From the NCBI GenBank assembly GCA_947588275.1, contig CANPYJ010000001.1, positions 103,026 through 167,025 on the forward strand: a stretch of DNA of 64,000 nt. The letters are read 5' to 3'. A program made the translations under genes and the position numbers. Shown here in pieces: positions 9,775 through 20,024 of the stretch; the first letter of the stretch is position 1, and each line of letters begins with the position of its first letter. The stretch comes from an uncultured Alphaproteobacteria bacterium (GTDB taxonomy: Bacteria; Pseudomonadota; Alphaproteobacteria; RF32; CAG-239). The notes under the pieces were generated by a model. It was given only the letters and a program-made list of their open reading frames with translations. It had not been told where the DNA came from and did no database searches.

Positions 9775-10250
9775 TTGCTTTTCCCCTTTTGTTGTTGCCA
9801 ATAATGCGCCACTCCCTGCGCAATCAGTAGTCCTGCGCCCACACAGATAAAACTGTCGGCCAGATTAAACGCCGGCCAATGGTTTTCGCCGATGTGGAAG
9901 TCCAAAAAATCAAACACCGCTCCCAGCCGCACTCGATCAATCATATTGCCGACGGCGCCGCCGATAATCATTCCCAACGCCGCCTGCGCCAAGCGGCTGG
10001 TTTCGGTTTTGAGCCAGTGTAACAGCAGCAGCACGATAATCAGCGCCAAGCCAGAAAGTGCCCACGCCCCGAAGTTTCCGTAATCGTTAAACATCGAAAA
10101 ACTGACGCCGGTATTCCACGCCCGCACCAGTCTAAACTGCGGACAAACATAAATCCACGCCTGCTCGCCCAATACCTCGTGCAAGACAAAATATTTGCTC
10201 AATTGATCCAGCAGCATAACCGCTAGCGCGACACTCAAACCGATTAACAC
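9771..10250 (-). CDS. lspA: Lipoprotein signal peptidase II
   Basis: 159 aa, 4 TM; NTGVSFSMF and GGAVGNMIDR motifs. Confidence 0.93.
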   Translation of the reverse strand: MLIGLSVALAVMLLDQLSKYFVLHEVLGEQAWIYVCPQFRLVRAWNTGVSFSMFNDYGNFGAWALSGLALIIVLLLLHWLKTETSRLAQAALGMIIGGAVGNMIDRVRLGAVFDFLDFHIGENHWPAFNLADSFICVGAGLLIAQGVAHYWQQQKGKSK

Positions 10251-10336
10251 GTTTTAACACTCCTGACATAAACCGGACTTAAGTATAATGCCAAATCGAC
10301 TAAACAAAAGCGCTAAATGGAAGATATAAACATTTC

Positions 10337-11758
10337 CTAAAGCAGAAACATCTTGGCCAAGCCTAAAAAGATGAAAAAACCGCCGGAATCGGTGATGGCA
10401 ATCAAAAATACGCCCGATGACACCGCCGGATCGACTTTCAGCCGGTTGAGCATCAGCGGTATCAAAATTCCCGCAAGACTCGCAATCGTCAGCGTTATCA
10501 GCATTGCCACCGCAATAATCAAACTGATGATTCGATATTCCGGAAACCATAAATGGGTGATAATTCCGATAAGCAGCGCAAACAACATACCGTTGCACAG
10601 TCCGACCAGAAACTCTTTCAAAATCATCCTCAGCGTATTGGCCGAGGTCAGTTCCTTGGTGGCCAGAGCGCGCACGACCACCGCCAACGTTTGGTTGCCT
10701 GTGGTGCCACCCATGGAGGCGACAATCGGCATCAGCACCGCCAACACCGAAATTTGCGCAATAACTTCCTGAAACCCCCTGACGACCGAAGCCGCAATAA
10801 TGGTGGCAAACAAATTGGTCACCAACCACGCCACGCGTGACCTGAAAATCGAAAACACCGACTTGTAAACATCGCCTTCTTCGGTACCCGACAGGCGCAT
10901 AATGTCTTCCGAAACCTCTTCGTGAATAACCTCGACCACATCTTCAATCGTAATCACGCCGATAAGATGTCCGCGGTTGTCCACCACCATAGCCGAGTGC
11001 CAGCCGTATTCGCGAAACATGTGCGCCACTTCTTCCTGATCGGTCAGCACGTCTATCGGCACGATTTCACCGTCCATAATATCAAACAACATCTCTGTCG
11101 GCTTGGCACGCAAAAGCTTATCCAGCGCAATTTGTCCGGTCGGTTGAAACTTTTCGTCCGTCAGAAAAATGTCATAAAATTCTTCCGGCAGTTCGTGATT
11201 TTTGAGCAGATATTCTTTTGCTTCCTTAACCGTCCACCAATCCGGCATGCTCACAAAATCGCGCGACATGATACGTCCTGCCGAATCTTCCGGATATGCC
11301 AGCGACGACTGAACCTGATATTGCAGTTCCGGATCAAGTTTCTGGATGATGCTTTCTTGCTCGTCTTCATCCAGATGTTCCAAAATCTCGACGACTTCGT
11401 CCGAGTCCAATTCGTTGGCAATTTTGACAATCTGCTTCTCGGGCAGGCTGTCCAAAACCTGCTCCTGAACGATATCATTGAGTTCGGGAAATACATCAGG
11501 ATTAATGCGTTCGCCCAAAATCTGCACCAATTTGGTGCGCTCGGAGTGCGTCAGGCTCTCGATCAAATTGGCCAATCCGTATTCCGACAAACCTTCGGTC
11601 ATTTTGCAGACATGGGCGACATCATCGTCGCGCAACGCAATCCGCACCGAGTCGATAAACTTCGGCCCCAGCCCTAACGTCTGTTTTTTTTCAATCTTCT
11701 TTTTCTTTTTTGAAAATTTTGACTTGGGAAGAAATTTACGCTTAAACCGCTTGCTCAT
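10337..11758 (-). CDS. mgtE: Magnesium transporter MgtE
   Basis: MgtE N-domain, CBS pair and C-terminal TM domain. Start moved to MSKRFKRKF (11758, RBS GGGGGAAG) because the ORF-track start would run through tRNA-Leu. Confidence 0.92.
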   Translation of the reverse strand: MSKRFKRKFLPKSKFSKKKKKIEKKQTLGLGPKFIDSVRIALRDDDVAHVCKMTEGLSEYGLANLIESLTHSERTKLVQILGERINPDVFPELNDIVQEQVLDSLPEKQIVKIANELDSDEVVEILEHLDEDEQESIIQKLDPELQYQVQSSLAYPEDSAGRIMSRDFVSMPDWWTVKEAKEYLLKNHELPEEFYDIFLTDEKFQPTGQIALDKLLRAKPTEMLFDIMDGEIVPIDVLTDQEEVAHMFREYGWHSAMVVDNRGHLIGVITIEDVVEVIHEEVSEDIMRLSGTEEGDVYKSVFSIFRSRVAWLVTNLFATIIAASVVRGFQEVIAQISVLAVLMPIVASMGGTTGNQTLAVVVRALATKELTSANTLRMILKEFLVGLCNGMLFALLIGIITHLWFPEYRIISLIIAVAMLITLTIASLAGILIPLMLNRLKVDPAVSSGVFLIAITDSGGFFIFLGLAKMFLL

Positions 11759-11784
11759 TGCTTCCCCCTGTTTTGATATCTGAG

Positions 11785-11871
11785 TGGTGCGGCCAAAAGG
11801 ACTTGAACCTTCACGGGAGAACTCCCACAACCACCTCAAGGTTGCGCGTCTACCAATTTCGCCATGGCCGC
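11785..11871 (-). tRNA. tRNA-Leu (anticodon GAG)
   Basis: Reverse complement reads GCGGCCATGGCGAAATTGGTAGACGCGCAACCTTGAGGTGGTTGTGGGAGTTCTCCCGTGAAGGTTCAAGTCCTTTTGGCCGCACCA. Long variable arm; anticodon loop TTGAGGT. Confidence 0.95.
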
Positions 11872-11969
11872 ACTATGCCAATAAAGCTGTGGTAACAAAT
11901 AAAACACAAATAAAAATAAATCAAGTCTTTTTTGCACGCGGTGAAAATTTTTGCATTTCCGCGGCTGTT

Positions 11970-12659
11970 TTATTTTTTGTCCGGTTCGACCAACCCGCCG
12001 GAAATCACAAATTTGAGTCCTTGTTCCACCGTCATGTCCAGCTCGATGCAATCTTCTTTCGGCACAAATACCAAAAATCCGGAGGTCGGGTTCGGCGTCG
12101 TCGGAATAAAGACATTGAGCATATGTTTGGGCGTTTTAGCCTTGAGTTCGCCTTGTAATTCGCTGCTCACAAACCCCAAAATCCAAATTCCCTTACGTGG
12201 ATATTCCAGCATGACAACTTTGCTGAAAGCTTGCGTTTTGCTTGAAAAAAATGTTTCAAAAACTTGTTTTAAAACCGAATATACGCTGGAAACCAACGGC
12301 AGCTTATAAACAATCCATTCCCCGAGTTTTAGGAAAAAGCGCCCCAAAAATCCGGCGGCAAACATGCCGATAAATATCAAAACCGCAACGGCTATCAACA
12401 ACCCCAGCCCCGGAATGGTATAAGGCATATTGTCAAACTTGTATTGGGGCGGCATTACTTTGTTTACCAAAAAATCAATCCACAACACAAATTTGATGGC
12501 CAAATACAACGTAATGGCCACCGGCGCCGTAACCAATATCCCCGTAAACAAATAAGCCCGAAGTTTGCCGCCGAGTTTCATAAACACAGCTTTTTCTTTG
12601 GCCAGCCGAATACGTTTGATGTTTTTGGCCCGTTTCTTCACGATTCTGTTTCTCGTCAT
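11970..12659 (-). CDS. DUF502-family membrane protein
   Basis: 229 aa, TM helices; signature FIPTTPNPTSGFLVFVPKED. Confidence 0.8.
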   Translation of the reverse strand: MTRNRIVKKRAKNIKRIRLAKEKAVFMKLGGKLRAYLFTGILVTAPVAITLYLAIKFVLWIDFLVNKVMPPQYKFDNMPYTIPGLGLLIAVAVLIFIGMFAAGFLGRFFLKLGEWIVYKLPLVSSVYSVLKQVFETFFSSKTQAFSKVVMLEYPRKGIWILGFVSSELQGELKAKTPKHMLNVFIPTTPNPTSGFLVFVPKEDCIELDMTVEQGLKFVISGGLVEPDKK

Positions 12660-12672
12660 CTTTTTTCTCCGC

Positions 12673-14445
12673 TCACGCTGCCTTTCTTATGTCCTCAATA
12701 ATAAACTGCGCCTCATCTCGCCCTTGCCAGCGGTCACGGCGCAACATTCCCACCACGTCGAAGATCTCGCCTTTAGACTTAAGCATAGCCTGCCCGATTT
12801 CATTATCGCCGACACGAAACGCCATTCCTTTCAGACGGCCGCCGTTATCCGACGTCAGCACGCAACGCACATGTCCCACGCCCACCAGCGCGGCATTTTG
12901 GATATGCGTGTTTTTGAGCATCAGCCGCGGTTCGGCATTGCCGGCGCCAAACGGCTCCAAATCTTCCAACGCCGCTGCCAGTTCGCGCGTTGCCCCGGCA
13001 GCGTCAAGCACCGCGTCGATTTCCATCACCGTCGTAATCGCTTCGCTGCCGATTTGCTTTTTCACATACTCGCCGGCAAATTGGCGAAAAGCTTCAATTT
13101 TGCTTTCTTCCAGCGAATATCCGGCCGCCATTGTATGCCCGCCTCCTTTTGTCAGCAGACCTTTTTCTTTGGCCGCCATAATCAACGCGCCCAAATCAAC
13201 CTGCGGCACCGAACGCGCCGACCCTTTGACCTCGTCGGACTCAATAGACATCACAAACGCCGGCAAATTATAGCGTTCTTTGAGTTTTCCGGCCACGATT
13301 CCGACCACGCCCTGATGCCAGTTTTCTCCGGCGACAAAAGCAATCGGATATTCCTGAGGCGTCCCTTCCAAAATCTCTATTGCCTGCAGCAAAACAAAAT
13401 TCTCGATATCCTTGCGCTGCACATTATATTCGTTAAGCTTGTCGGCCAGCAGCTGCGCCTCATATTCCTTATCGCAACACAACAAATGGTGGCCGATGTC
13501 CGAGGCGCCGACCCGTCCGCCGGCATTAATTCGCGGTCCCAAAACAAATCCCAAATGAAAAGCCGTCGGCGCACTGTTCATGCCGGATTTTTCCTGCAAA
13601 ACTCTGATTCCCAAATTTGGCGCACTGCTCATAATTTTGAGACCTTGACGCACATACGCGCGGTTTAGCCCCTGCAGGGGCACAACGTCGCAAACTGTTC
13701 CCAGCGCCACCAAATCGAGCCATTGCATCAGATTCGGCTCCGGCCGCGCATCGCTATAATAACCGCGCTGCCTGAGCTCGCGATTGACGGCAGTCACGGT
13801 CATAAACACCACGCCCACCGCGGCCAAATATTTCAAATACGGATATTCGTTGTTTTCATCCAGCCGTTTAGGATTAACCACGGCAAATACTTTGGGCAAC
13901 CGCGCTTCGGCCTCGTGATGATCCAGCACAATCACGTCCATTCCCCGAGCCGCGGCATATTCCAAGGACTCAAAAGCAGTCGTGCCGCAGTCTGTGGTTA
14001 TCAAAAGTTCTACCCCCTTGGCCTTAAAATCGTCTACTGCCTGCATGCTTGGGCCATAACCTTCTTCGCGTTCGGGAATATGCACGTCCGCCTCACTGCC
14101 GACCGCACGCAAAAACAGCCTCAAAACCGCCGAAGACGTGGCACCGTCGACATCATAGTCGCCGATAATGCCGATATGTCGGCGTTTTTGAATAGCTTCG
14201 GCAATTCGCGCCGCCGCTTTGTCCATATCTTTCAGCACTGACGGATTAGGCATCAGTTTTTGAATTTTCGGCGCCAAAAAATCGGCCGCTTCAGCAGCTT
14301 GAACTTCGCGCAAAGTCAATATGCGCGCGACAATGAACGGAAAATTGTATTTTTGCGTCAACAGCTCCGCCGCCCGCTCGTCGCCTGAGGAAATTTTCCA
14401 CAAATTTCCTCCCAGCGATTTCATCTCACCAGCCGGACTGTTCAA
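12673..14445 (-). CDS. recJ: Single-stranded-DNA-specific exonuclease RecJ
   Basis: 590 aa; DHH motifs (IGDYDVDGATS, VLDHH) and DHHA1 (GGGHTMAAG). Confidence 0.95.
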   Translation of the reverse strand: MNSPAGEMKSLGGNLWKISSGDERAAELLTQKYNFPFIVARILTLREVQAAEAADFLAPKIQKLMPNPSVLKDMDKAAARIAEAIQKRRHIGIIGDYDVDGATSSAVLRLFLRAVGSEADVHIPEREEGYGPSMQAVDDFKAKGVELLITTDCGTTAFESLEYAAARGMDVIVLDHHEAEARLPKVFAVVNPKRLDENNEYPYLKYLAAVGVVFMTVTAVNRELRQRGYYSDARPEPNLMQWLDLVALGTVCDVVPLQGLNRAYVRQGLKIMSSAPNLGIRVLQEKSGMNSAPTAFHLGFVLGPRINAGGRVGASDIGHHLLCCDKEYEAQLLADKLNEYNVQRKDIENFVLLQAIEILEGTPQEYPIAFVAGENWHQGVVGIVAGKLKERYNLPAFVMSIESDEVKGSARSVPQVDLGALIMAAKEKGLLTKGGGHTMAAGYSLEESKIEAFRQFAGEYVKKQIGSEAITTVMEIDAVLDAAGATRELAAALEDLEPFGAGNAEPRLMLKNTHIQNAALVGVGHVRCVLTSDNGGRLKGMAFRVGDNEIGQAMLKSKGEIFDVVGMLRRDRWQGRDEAQFIIEDIRKAA

Positions 14446-14482
14446 CTTGTTCTCCCAATTCAGGCATACGCCCTTTTAATAA

Positions 14483-15238
14483 TCAGTATGACAAATAGAT
14501 TTCGGCGCGACGATTCAATCTTTCACCCTCAGGCATAACTTCCTGATATGCGGGAACCGAGTCTGACAACGCCTGAATTGAAATCCGATTGCCGGCCACG
14601 CCCGCGCGTCTCAATGCCGCGGCCACATTTTGCGCCCGTTCAAGAGAAATCTTGAAGTTAGCGAGCTTATGTCCGGCCGGATCAATATTGCGTGTGCGGC
14701 TGGAAGCATAGCCGTAAACAATAACATCCGCGTTATTTTCCTTGGCCTTGCGGGCTATTTTCCGCAGATTGGAATTATATTTGGCGTCAACCGAAGCGCT
14801 GCCGTCGGCAAAATAGAATGTATCGACGCGATAACTCACGCTCGGATCGGCATTTTGAGCAAGCTCATCATCCTCGGTAATTTTGGCTGCGGTCTCCGCG
14901 CCATCGTCCTCTGCCTCAAGAAGTTCCGCCGTTTTGACCGGTTTGGTCTCGACTGCGGGCAGTTGCTCCTCGGAGCTGTCCCCAGCTGTTTTCTTGACGG
15001 CCTTTTTGCTTTTTTTCTTTACATCGGACTTCGCGACAGTTTTGCCATCTTCATACGCGGCATTGGCCGTATCGGCGGCCAAAGACGAACTTTCCTCCGG
15101 CATCTCGTTAATCACCCGGCCGCCCTCGGATACCTCAATATCGTCATATTCTTCAAAATCCGGAAAAACCGCGCTGGCACAACCTGCAAGCATCAAAACG
15201 GCGGCTGCCCCGACGGTCAATTTATTCAAACCCAACAT
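14483..15238 (-). CDS. OmpA-family (peptidoglycan-binding) lipoprotein
   Basis: Lipobox LMLAGC, acidic linker, C-terminal OmpA-like domain (...SLERAQNVAAALRRAGV...NRRAEIYL). Confidence 0.85.
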   Translation of the reverse strand: MLGLNKLTVGAAAVLMLAGCASAVFPDFEEYDDIEVSEGGRVINEMPEESSSLAADTANAAYEDGKTVAKSDVKKKSKKAVKKTAGDSSEEQLPAVETKPVKTAELLEAEDDGAETAAKITEDDELAQNADPSVSYRVDTFYFADGSASVDAKYNSNLRKIARKAKENNADVIVYGYASSRTRNIDPAGHKLANFKISLERAQNVAAALRRAGVAGNRISIQALSDSVPAYQEVMPEGERLNRRAEIYLSY

Positions 15239-15422
15239 AAGACTGTCCTCAAAAAAAACTTCAAACTGCTGTCAGCCTATCTTATTTACAAGCACAGCAC
15301 AAGTGCAAAAAAATATTTTTCAGCAGTTAATTTATCCGTGGTTATCTCTGAATATTTATTTGTAATTTTCACCGATTATATTATACTTCATTCAGTATTT
15401 GTCAGCCGAGAAGGATAATCCG

Positions 15423-15989
15423 ATGTCTTCCGCCGCCATAAATTCCGCTCTTGAGGCCGCCGTCTGGTTCACGACTCGCGCCCGCAAGGAAAATGTTTCA
15501 TTAGACCACGGTCAACTCCAAAACCTGTTGTTTTTGGCGCAGGTGCATTTTGCGCTCAACAACAATATGCAATATCTGATGCCGACAATCTTCGTCTGCA
15601 CTCGCCACGGTTTTGCCGAGCCGACTCTTGAGACACTTCTGCCGGCAGGCCTGCCCTCGCTTCCGCAGCCCAAATTCAGCACCCGAATCAATGCTTTTTT
15701 GGATTTGATTTGGAAAAAATATGCCGTCTTGCCGGTCGCTGAGCTTGAAAACTTTGTTAAGACCTCGGATTCTTACCTCAAAACCTGCGCCTTGGGACAC
15801 AAGCAGTTTACCATGCTTGAAGATATGGCCGCCGACTTCAAATCAAGTCTTAATCCGCGCGCTTTGTCGCAGGCAGGCGTTTCTGACCGCCGCAAAATAC
15901 TCATTTCGCAAAACGGGCCTGTCGTAGTGTCCAAATGGCAGCCGCGCAAACTCAATTCCAAAACCGACAAGGAGAATTCTTATGCTTAA
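15423..15989 (+). CDS. Hypothetical protein with weak DUF4065/Panacea (SocA-like) resemblance
   Basis: ATG at 15423 with AAGGA RBS. Segment GQLQNLLFLAQVHFAL...FVCTRHGFAEPTLETLL resembles the Panacea core. 8-nt overlap with the next gene. Confidence 0.55.
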   Translation: MSSAAINSALEAAVWFTTRARKENVSLDHGQLQNLLFLAQVHFALNNNMQYLMPTIFVCTRHGFAEPTLETLLPAGLPSLPQPKFSTRINAFLDLIWKKYAVLPVAELENFVKTSDSYLKTCALGHKQFTMLEDMAADFKSSLNPRALSQAGVSDRRKILISQNGPVVVSKWQPRKLNSKTDKENSYA

Positions 15990-16743
15990 GTATGCCAGAT
16001 TATTTTTGATTGTTTTGCTGTTTGCCGCTTGTTCCGAAGAACAAAAACCCAAACCGACCACCCCGCTGACCATCACGACCGAAACCGGCGAAGCGCGTTT
16101 TATGGTAGAAATGGCCAATACCCCCGAAGAACTCAAAACCGGCCTTATGCATCGAACCACTCTTGGCTTCACAAGCGGTATGATTTTCAACATCAATCCG
16201 GCGCGTCCGATTGCCATGTGGATGAAAAACACCAAAATCCCTCTGGACATGCTGTTTATCGCTCCTGACGCCAAAATCATCATGATTAAGGAACAAGCCG
16301 CGCCAATGTCCGAAGACCAAATCATTTGCACCGAACCGGTGCGCGCCGTGGTCGAGATTAACGCCGGTCAGGTTAAACGCCAAAATATCAAAGTCGGTGA
16401 CAAAGTTAACCACATGCTGTTCAAAAGCCTGCTTGACACCACCGAAAACGCTGAACCCCAAGCTTCCAAACCGGCTTTGGCACCTTTGCCCGAGCTGAAA
16501 CTCGAACCCGCCGCGCCGCAGCCCAAAACACCAGCGCCGGCTAAGACTGATTCTGCGCCGACCGCCACGCCTGCCGAGCCGACTTCCGCAACGACCGCTG
16601 AGCCTGAATCTCCGGCTGCTCCCGCTGAGCCCGAAGTTCCGACCGCGGCTGCGCTTGAAAATTCGGCCCCGGCTGTTCCGCAAGCGCCTCAAGCGCCTGC
16701 CGCACCTGCACCCAAATTACCCGTGCTACCGCCGGAACTTTAA
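15982..16743 (+). CDS. DUF192-family lipoprotein with Pro/Ala-rich C-terminal tail
   Basis: Lipobox LLFAAC. DUF192 core (MANTPEELKTGLMHRT...GMIF...MWMKNTKIPLDMLFI). Tail PAAPQPKTPAPAKTDSAPTATPAEP... Confidence 0.8.
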   Translation: MLKYARLFLIVLLFAACSEEQKPKPTTPLTITTETGEARFMVEMANTPEELKTGLMHRTTLGFTSGMIFNINPARPIAMWMKNTKIPLDMLFIAPDAKIIMIKEQAAPMSEDQIICTEPVRAVVEINAGQVKRQNIKVGDKVNHMLFKSLLDTTENAEPQASKPALAPLPELKLEPAAPQPKTPAPAKTDSAPTATPAEPTSATTAEPESPAAPAEPEVPTAAALENSAPAVPQAPQAPAAPAPKLPVLPPEL

Positions 16744-16755
16744 TTGTCATCATAT

Positions 16756-16785
16756 AAAAAACCCCGCCGAAAGCGGGGTTTTTTA
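16756..16785. terminator. Bidirectional rho-independent terminator (DUF192 gene / gatB convergent)
   Basis: aaaaaCCCCGCcgaaaGCGGGGtttttt. Confidence 0.85.
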
Positions 16786-16793
16786 TACCTGTT

Positions 16794-18251
16794 TTAGCCA
16801 AGCTTTTTAGCCAGCAGCTGATTAACCATTGCCGGATTGGCTTTGCCTTGGCTTTGTTTCATAACCTGCCCGACAAACCATCCCATCAATGCCGTCTTGC
16901 CGGCACGATAAGCCGCCGCATTATTCGGATTGGCGGCAATGACGTCGTCAATCACTTTTTCAATCGCGCCGCTGTCGGTCACTTGCTTAAGACCTTTTTC
17001 TTCCACAATCTTGTCCGGAGATTCGCCGCTTTGAGCCATCAATGCAAACACATCTTTGGCCGTTTTTCCGTTAATCACGTTAGTGGTAACCAAATCAACC
17101 AGCCGACCGAGATTCTCCGGCGTAATCGGACTTTCTTCCAAACTGATTTTCTTTTCATTCAGCATGGCAAAAAAATCGCCCATCATCCAATTGGCCACTT
17201 TTTTGGCATCATGCCCCTTGGCCGCGCGCTCAAACCATTCGGCCGTCTCGCGCGTCTCGCACAAAACCGCGGCGTCATAAGGCGTCAGCCCGAGTTCTTT
17301 GACAAAGCGCTCGCGCTTGGCATCAGGAAGTTCCACCATATCGGATTTTATGTTATTAATATACTCATCGTCAAAAACCAACGGCGGCAAATCCGGCTCC
17401 GGAAAATAGCGGTAGTCGTCCGAAAATTCCTTAAGCCGCAAAAACTTGGTCTTGCCGGTTGTCTGATCAAACTGCCGCGTTTGCTGGGCAATGGTTTCGC
17501 CGTTGTCATACGCCTCCACTTGCCGCTTGGCTTCGTTTTCAATGGCCTGCATTGCAAATCTGATTGAGTTCACATTCTTGACTTCAGCTCGTGGACGCAG
17601 TTCCGAACTGCCGACCGGACGCACCGAAATACTGGCGTCGCAGCGCATTGAGCCTTCTTCCATATTGCCGTCACAAGTGCCCAAATAGCGCACGATTGAA
17701 CGCAGTTTGCGCAAAAATGCCCCGGCTTCTTCCGGCGAACGAAAATCCGGTTTGGTCACGATTTCCATTAGTCCGACGCCAGCACGGTTGAGATCGATAA
17801 AAGTTTTTGTCGGCGAAATGTCGTGAATGGATTTTCCCGCATCCTGTTCAATATGAATACGTTCAATCCGAATATCCTTGCTGCTGCCGTCTTCTAAATC
17901 AATTTTAACAAACCCCTCACCCACGAGCGGATGTTCAAACTGAGTAATCTGGTATCCCTGCGGCAAATCGGCATAAAAATAATTTTTGCGCGAAAACTCG
18001 GAATACTTGTTAATTTTGGCATTCAGTCCCAAACCGGTTTTGACGGCCTGCCGCACGCACTCTTCATTGAGTGTCGGCAGCATTCCGGGCATGCCGGCAT
18101 CAACAAACGAAACGTTTTCGTTAACGTCGGCGCCGTACTGTGTAGACGCGCCGGAAAAGATTTTTGATTTTGAGATAATCTGGCAATGGATTTCCAATCC
18201 GCACACAATTTCCCAATCGCCGGTTTTGCCGCTGATAATCATTCCGCTCAT
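16794..18251 (-). CDS. gatB: Asp/Glu-tRNA amidotransferase subunit B
   Basis: 485 aa. GatB N-terminal block WEIVCGLEIHCQI and C-terminal YqeY-like domain; directly follows gatA. Confidence 0.96.
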   Translation of the reverse strand: MSGMIISGKTGDWEIVCGLEIHCQIISKSKIFSGASTQYGADVNENVSFVDAGMPGMLPTLNEECVRQAVKTGLGLNAKINKYSEFSRKNYFYADLPQGYQITQFEHPLVGEGFVKIDLEDGSSKDIRIERIHIEQDAGKSIHDISPTKTFIDLNRAGVGLMEIVTKPDFRSPEEAGAFLRKLRSIVRYLGTCDGNMEEGSMRCDASISVRPVGSSELRPRAEVKNVNSIRFAMQAIENEAKRQVEAYDNGETIAQQTRQFDQTTGKTKFLRLKEFSDDYRYFPEPDLPPLVFDDEYINNIKSDMVELPDAKRERFVKELGLTPYDAAVLCETRETAEWFERAAKGHDAKKVANWMMGDFFAMLNEKKISLEESPITPENLGRLVDLVTTNVINGKTAKDVFALMAQSGESPDKIVEEKGLKQVTDSGAIEKVIDDVIAANPNNAAAYRAGKTALMGWFVGQVMKQSQGKANPAMVNQLLAKKLG

Positions 18252-19709
18252 TTACTTGCCTCCTCTAAACCCGGCTTCTTTTTCCAGCGCCGCCGCCGCC
18301 TTAAAGACAGTCTCTTCGTCAAAAGCTCTGCCAATCAGCTGCATTCCGAGCGGCAAACCGGCGGCATTCAACCCAATCGGCAGACTCATGGCCGGCAACC
18401 CGGCCAGCGAGACCGACACCGTAAAAATATCGTTCAACCACATTGTAATCGGATTTTTCAACATCGACTGATCACCAATCGGAAATGCCGCCGTCGGCGC
18501 CGTCGGCGTCAAAATTACGTCACATTGTTCAAACGCCTTGGCAAAGTCATCTCGAATCAGCCGCCGCACTTTCTGCGCCTTAACGTAATAAGCGTCATAA
18601 TACCCGGCCGAAAGCACATATGTGCCAATCATAATACGGCGTTTGACTTCTTTGCCGAAACCGGCCGTCCGCGAATTGACATACATGTCTTCCAGATGCC
18701 GGCCGTCCACTCGGTTGCCATAGCGCAGACCGTCATAACGCGCCAAATTGCTTGAGGCTTCTGCCGGCGCGATAATATAATAAGTAGCCAGCGCATATTT
18801 AGTATGCGGCAGTGATATATCTACGATTTCGGCGCCGCGCGCTTTGAGCATGGCGGCCGCCTTGTCCCAATAAGCCGCCACTTCACTGTCCAGTCCGTCT
18901 GCGCGAAACTCCTGCGGAACGCCTATTTTCAAACCCTTAATGTCCGCACCGATGCATTTTTCAAAATCCGGCACCGGCATCTGCGCCGAAGTCGAATCTT
19001 TGGCATCGTATCCGGCCATCACTTTCAGCATAAGCGCACAATCGCGCGCATCTTTAGCGATTGGTCCGGCCTGATCAAGCGAAGACGCAAACGCAATAAT
19101 TCCATAGCGCGAACACCGCCCGTATGTCGGCTTGATGCCGGTCACGCCGCAATAAGCCGCCGGCTGACGAATAGAACCGCCGGTATCCGTTCCGGTAGCT
19201 CCGGCGCACATTTCGGCGGCAACCGCCGCGGCCGATCCGCCCGAAGATCCGCCGGAAACCAGCGGCACATCTTTGCTCCACGGATTAATCACCGGCCCAA
19301 AAGCCGATGTTTCATTACTGCCGCCCATTGCAAACTCGTCCATATTAAGCTTGCCGACAAAACTTGCGCCGGCCGCCAGCAGACGAGAAGTCACCGTTGA
19401 CTCGTAAGGCGGCACAAATCCTTTTAAGATATTTGAGCAGGCGGTCGTCGGAATTCCCTTGGTGCAAAACAAATCTTTAATTCCGAGCGGAATTCCCTCC
19501 AACTCGCCGCCCTCGCCCCTATTAATTTTATTTTGGCTGGCCTCGGCCTGCGCCAACGCGGTTTCCGGCGTTTCGCACACAAAAGCATTAAGCTTGCGGC
19601 AGGCTGCCATCTTGTCCAAATAAGCCTGCGTCAATTCCGGTGCCGAAAAAGCTTTGGTTTTGAGCCCTTGTTCAGCCTCGGCAATTGTCAATTTTGTTAA
19701 ATCGGTCAT
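18252..19709 (-). CDS. gatA: Glu-tRNA(Gln) amidotransferase subunit A
   Basis: Amidase signature [13 protein letters not shown]...[12 protein letters not shown]. Confidence 0.96.
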   Translation of the reverse strand: MTDLTKLTIAEAEQGLKTKAFSAPELTQAYLDKMAACRKLNAFVCETPETALAQAEASQNKINRGEGGELEGIPLGIKDLFCTKGIPTTACSNILKGFVPPYESTVTSRLLAAGASFVGKLNMDEFAMGGSNETSAFGPVINPWSKDVPLVSGGSSGGSAAAVAAEMCAGATGTDTGGSIRQPAAYCGVTGIKPTYGRCSRYGIIAFASSLDQAGPIAKDARDCALMLKVMAGYDAKDSTSAQMPVPDFEKCIGADIKGLKIGVPQEFRADGLDSEVAAYWDKAAAMLKARGAEIVDISLPHTKYALATYYIIAPAEASSNLARYDGLRYGNRVDGRHLEDMYVNSRTAGFGKEVKRRIMIGTYVLSAGYYDAYYVKAQKVRRLIRDDFAKAFEQCDVILTPTAPTAAFPIGDQSMLKNPITMWLNDIFTVSVSLAGLPAMSLPIGLNAAGLPLGMQLIGRAFDEETVFKAAAALEKEAGFRGGK

Positions 19710-19724
19710 CTCTGTGTTCCTGTC

Positions 19725-20012
19725 TTATTCCACGACCTTTGGCACGGCAAAATAGCCATATTCTTTGGCCGGTGCATTGGCTAAAATTTCATCGGCAATA
19801 TTGCCTTCCGTCACTTCGTCGGCGCGGGTTCGCAAATTTCCTTCATTCACCGAAATCAGCGCTTTCACGTTCTGCGTATCCACCTCTTTAAGCTGCTCGA
19901 TCCAGCCGAGAATTTTATTGAATTCGTCTTCGACAGCGGCAACTTTGTCTTCTTCAAGACTCAGCTTGGACAAAGCCGCGATTTTCTTCACAGTTTCGGC
20001 ATCAACAGCCAT
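19725..20012 (-). CDS. gatC: Asp/Glu-tRNA amidotransferase subunit C
   Basis: 95 aa; typical GatC (VKKIAALSKLSLEEDK...); position upstream of gatA. Confidence 0.92.
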   Translation of the reverse strand: MAVDAETVKKIAALSKLSLEEDKVAAVEDEFNKILGWIEQLKEVDTQNVKALISVNEGNLRTRADEVTEGNIADEILANAPAKEYGYFAVPKVVE

Positions 20013-20024
20013 CTTTTCCTCCTT

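Noticed and set aside
10254-10829. 191-aa minus-strand ORF overlapping mgtE in another frame
   Set aside because: It lies entirely inside the well-supported mgtE TM domain. It has Gly/His/Cys-rich nonsense composition and no RBS.
11684-11692. Homopolymers considered as phase-variation switches: A9/T9 in the mgtE 5' region, and A8 tracts at 27950-27957, 21822-21829 and 32211-32222
   Set aside because: They encode Lys runs in basic N-terminal or linker segments or are intergenic. Lengths of 9 or less are marginal for slippage, and none sits in the 5' end of a glycan gene in the way classic contingency loci do.
16000-16692. 230-aa Arg/Gly-rich ORF antisense to the DUF192 gene
   Set aside because: It is a shadow of the GC-rich Pro/Ala-coding tail and DUF192 core, with no independent signal.
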